NCBI GenBank assembly: GCA_050287845.1
Contig: JBNKCR010000098.1
Span: forward strand, 256,001 to 320,000
DNA length: 64,000 bases
Source of the DNA: Polyangia bacterium
GTDB lineage: Bacteria > Myxococcota_A > Polyangia > JAAYKL01
Reading direction: 5' to 3'
Shown here: in pieces, positions 61,451 through 64,000 of the stretch
How the letters are laid out: every line of letters begins with the position of its first letter
Numbering within the stretch: the stretch's first letter is position 1
Notes under the pieces: generated by a model
What the model was told of the DNA's origin: nothing
Database searches by the model: none
Seen by the model: the letters and a program-made list of their open reading frames with translations, nothing else
Translations under genes and position numbers: made by a program

Positions 61451-61954
61451 ATGAAAAAAGACGCCCGATACTGGATTGAAAAACTCGGTCTGATGCCGCA
61501 TCCGGAAGGTGGGTATTTCAGGGAAACCTATCGCAGTTCCGCAATGATTCCGGCATCCACACCGGGGTTGGGGTTTCAGGGACCACGAAGCGTCTCCACC
61601 GCCATTTATTTCCTGCTGGATAACGTACAATGTTCCACATTTCATCGAATTCGTTCTGACGAGTTGTGGCATTTTCATTCGGGAAGCGCTCTGGCAATAT
61701 ATGTCATCGGCAATGAGGGGGTCCTCACAACCCATCGGCTTGGGCCTGATTCTGAAGCGGGGGACGCGTTTCAGGTGGTGGTGCCGGCAGGATGCTGGTT
61801 TGGCGCCGAAGTGCTGGACAAAGCCGGGTTTGGACTTTGCAGTTGCACCGTTGCTCCCGGATTTGATTTTGACGATTTTGAGCTTGCTGACACAGAGTCT
61901 CTTTCAACGGTCTTTCCGCAACACCGGGATTTGATACATCGAATGGCGGATTGA
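61451..61954 (+). CDS. Cupin DUF985 family protein
   Basis: PHPEGGYFRETY, TAIYFLL, HRIRSDELWHF, CTVAPGFDF. Confidence 0.92.
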   Translation: MKKDARYWIEKLGLMPHPEGGYFRETYRSSAMIPASTPGLGFQGPRSVSTAIYFLLDNVQCSTFHRIRSDELWHFHSGSALAIYVIGNEGVLTTHRLGPDSEAGDAFQVVVPAGCWFGAEVLDKAGFGLCSCTVAPGFDFDDFELADTESLSTVFPQHRDLIHRMAD

Positions 61955-62021
61955 TGGCTTCCTGATTTTTTTTTGCAACAGATTTTCAACACGGCCGAAG
62001 GGAAGGGCAAAGATTCCAGTC

Positions 62022-62993
62022 ATGAATCAACCCCTGGAGTCTGTGGAGGTGAAAATGAGTCCAACTGAAATGATTGACGCCCGTGTCTACACCAGCGCCC
62101 TGGAATGCGCTGTGCCCATTTATATTAAAATGTTGCCGGGTGACATGGCGGCGCTGTTCGACTGGGTGGAGACCGGCAAGGCGCCACACAAATTGCTGGC
62201 CAACCATTCCGAAGCCTGGTTGACAACCGCCTATTCAGAACTGCGGGAGGCAGGCATGATGGCCGATAAGTGGCTGCAGGTACACATCAGGGAACTGTAC
62301 AACCAGAAACTCGACGGCCTGAACGATTTGTCCCTGGTTGCATATGCGTCCGTGGTGCAGGACCGCTCCCATGAATCGACCGACAATGCAGATGACAGGA
62401 GTAGATTGTATGACGCGTATCGGCGACTTATTCAGAACCCCCGTGGTTCCATTCTGTTGGATTATGGATGGCTATACGGAGATGTTCTCGATTACCAGGT
62501 AATGCCGGAAGACGAACTGCACTGGCAAATTCAGGAATGTGCGTTGGCTCACGCAATCTGTTACGGTGATGAAGGCCGGATATTTGCCTCGCTGGTGCGC
62601 CGGATTTCAGATGAAATCGAAATGGGAGACCTGAATCGGGGCGTGGAATGGATATCGCGGATTTTTGAGAATTTTGCGGGCCGATTCTGTGTATATGAAA
62701 GTGCCGCGGCTGCCTTCTTTCAGGGAAATTACAATTTGCTGGGACAGATGGTGCTTCAGGCCGCCAGCTCCCTGAATCTCGATGCGGAAGATGCCCATGC
62801 GTATCAGGATCTCTGCTTCATGTACCGGAAAAAAGAAACAGGCGATCCCCCTTTGCCCGACCTTGAAAAGCGATTGACAATGGCGATGGCGTATCCCGCG
62901 GAAGGCAGCAGGAAGCTGACGCTGTTGCAACTGATACAGGAGCTCTTTCCTGCGATTGACAGTGTTCCAGTGAAACAGATAGCCAGTCCGTGA
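62022..62993 (+). CDS. Hypothetical helical protein
   Basis: 323-aa ORF filling the gap; no motif recognised. Confidence 0.65.
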   Translation: MNQPLESVEVKMSPTEMIDARVYTSALECAVPIYIKMLPGDMAALFDWVETGKAPHKLLANHSEAWLTTAYSELREAGMMADKWLQVHIRELYNQKLDGLNDLSLVAYASVVQDRSHESTDNADDRSRLYDAYRRLIQNPRGSILLDYGWLYGDVLDYQVMPEDELHWQIQECALAHAICYGDEGRIFASLVRRISDEIEMGDLNRGVEWISRIFENFAGRFCVYESAAAAFFQGNYNLLGQMVLQAASSLNLDAEDAHAYQDLCFMYRKKETGDPPLPDLEKRLTMAMAYPAEGSRKLTLLQLIQELFPAIDSVPVKQIASP

Positions 62994-63246
62994 CGTAATC
63001 ATTCATCTGTTCTCGTTCCCGGAATATCAATAATTTCAAAAGATTAAGCTTTTTATGGGAAATTGTCACATCGGTTTCCTTACATCCCGCTTGTTTCCAT
63101 CAAATCCAGTTGTTATTTATGATTCGTGCAACAAAACGTGACTTCAAACGAGCGAATAGCACAATTTGGGTGGCCCCGTCGAGGGACCGATACACACTGA
63201 GAACTGTGCTAATATAATGATCTTATGTATTGAGGAGAGATTAAAT

Positions 63247-64000
63247 ATGATAAATCGGTTGGCTCTAAATGTACTTTTATTAACGATGATTTCGGGGGGG
63301 ACAGCCTTGTCAGGGTGCACCCGGGATGAGGCGGTCCGAAGACCGTCACCGGATAATTCCCTGACTGACGGCGATGTGGACGGCGATGTGGACAGTGACG
63401 CGGACGGCGATGCCGATAAGGACATTCCCAGGAGACAATGTGAAGATGGCGAGTCCGTTTCGAGTGATTGCTATTGTGTCCGCATGGGCGTTGTCGGCAT
63501 ATTCGACAGCGCCGCCAACGAAGGAGACAATGACGTCAGCGAATTTGTGGACTGGTTGAACCACGACAGTTCCGCCAAAGTGACCATGATTAATCAGGAC
63601 AATACCGCCAAACCCACGATTAATGCCAATTTTTTGGGCGATTACGATGTGTTGCTTTTCCTGTATCAGTCCTCAAATCTGGATTCGAACTGGTGGACCT
63701 ACAGCAAAGCGGAATCGGATGCATTGCGCAACTGGATAGAGGCTGGAGGCGGCGTCATTGCCGTAACAGGGTTCAACGGAAGAGCAACCCAGAACGAAGT
63801 GAGCGCCATCAACAGCATTCTGACTCCGGCCACGGGGTTATCTTATAGCGAGGATCCTCAGCATATACTGAATCAGTGTCCATCCAACATGCCGTGTTTC
63901 TGCTGGTGGAATGCTGTGCCCCTGGATGGATTCAATCCGGATCATCCCATTTCGTACAATGTGACCCAGATTGGTGCGATGATTGGCTCGAAAATTCTGG
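63247..64000 (+). CDS. Lipoprotein with Asp-Gly repeat and glutamine-amidotransferase-like domain (truncated by the right edge)
   Basis: Not in the ORF track. GAGGAG RBS; MINRLAL...LSGC, DGDVDGDVDSDADGDAD, YDVLLF...LRNWIEAGGGVI. Confidence 0.8.
   Translation, partial: MINRLALNVLLLTMISGGTALSGCTRDEAVRRPSPDNSLTDGDVDGDVDSDADGDADKDIPRRQCEDGESVSSDCYCVRMGVVGIFDSAANEGDNDVSEFVDWLNHDSSAKVTMINQDNTAKPTINANFLGDYDVLLFLYQSSNLDSNWWTYSKAESDALRNWIEAGGGVIAVTGFNGRATQNEVSAINSILTPATGLSYSEDPQHILNQCPSNMPCFCWWNAVPLDGFNPDHPISYNVTQIGAMIGSKIL

Noticed and set aside
63157..63211. Inverted repeat TAGCACAATT/AACTGTGCTA resembling CIRCE or a riboswitch
   Set aside because: Spacing does not fit CIRCE and no riboswitch consensus was recognised; may be an operator

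Overview
Bacterial chromosomal window, about 52% GC by eye. Gene content (fibro-slime and Asp-repeat lipoproteins, MshEN protein, M17-N-like gene after nusB, several sigma54 promoters) suggests a deltaproteobacterial/Myxococcota-like organism; this is an inference. Left to right: a sigma54-driven cusCBA-type RND efflux operon running off the left edge; a Maf/HAD/GT-B glycosylation locus; a translationally coupled four-gene DUF6754 membrane operon; a sigma54-driven atypical receiver gene with a repetitive 3' tail; and an unusual lipid/polyketide cluster at 16.1-31.2 kb. That cluster comprises an MMPL exporter, a HAD phosphatase, a 2746-aa KS-KS-AT-(ACP)4-KR-DH synthase with two intact KS triads, a CrtI-like FAD oxidoreductase fused to two hotdog thioesterases, and an acyltransferase. 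The rest holds c-di-GMP genes, acidic-repeat lipoproteins and housekeeping genes (aat, ilvC, serC, rib genes, nusB, glyQS, asd). A well-formed sigma54-dependent two-hairpin sRNA candidate with C-rich loops lies at about 50156-50276. No rRNA, tRNA, CRISPR array or intact transposase was seen. All family calls are from motif recognition by eye; no database search was run.
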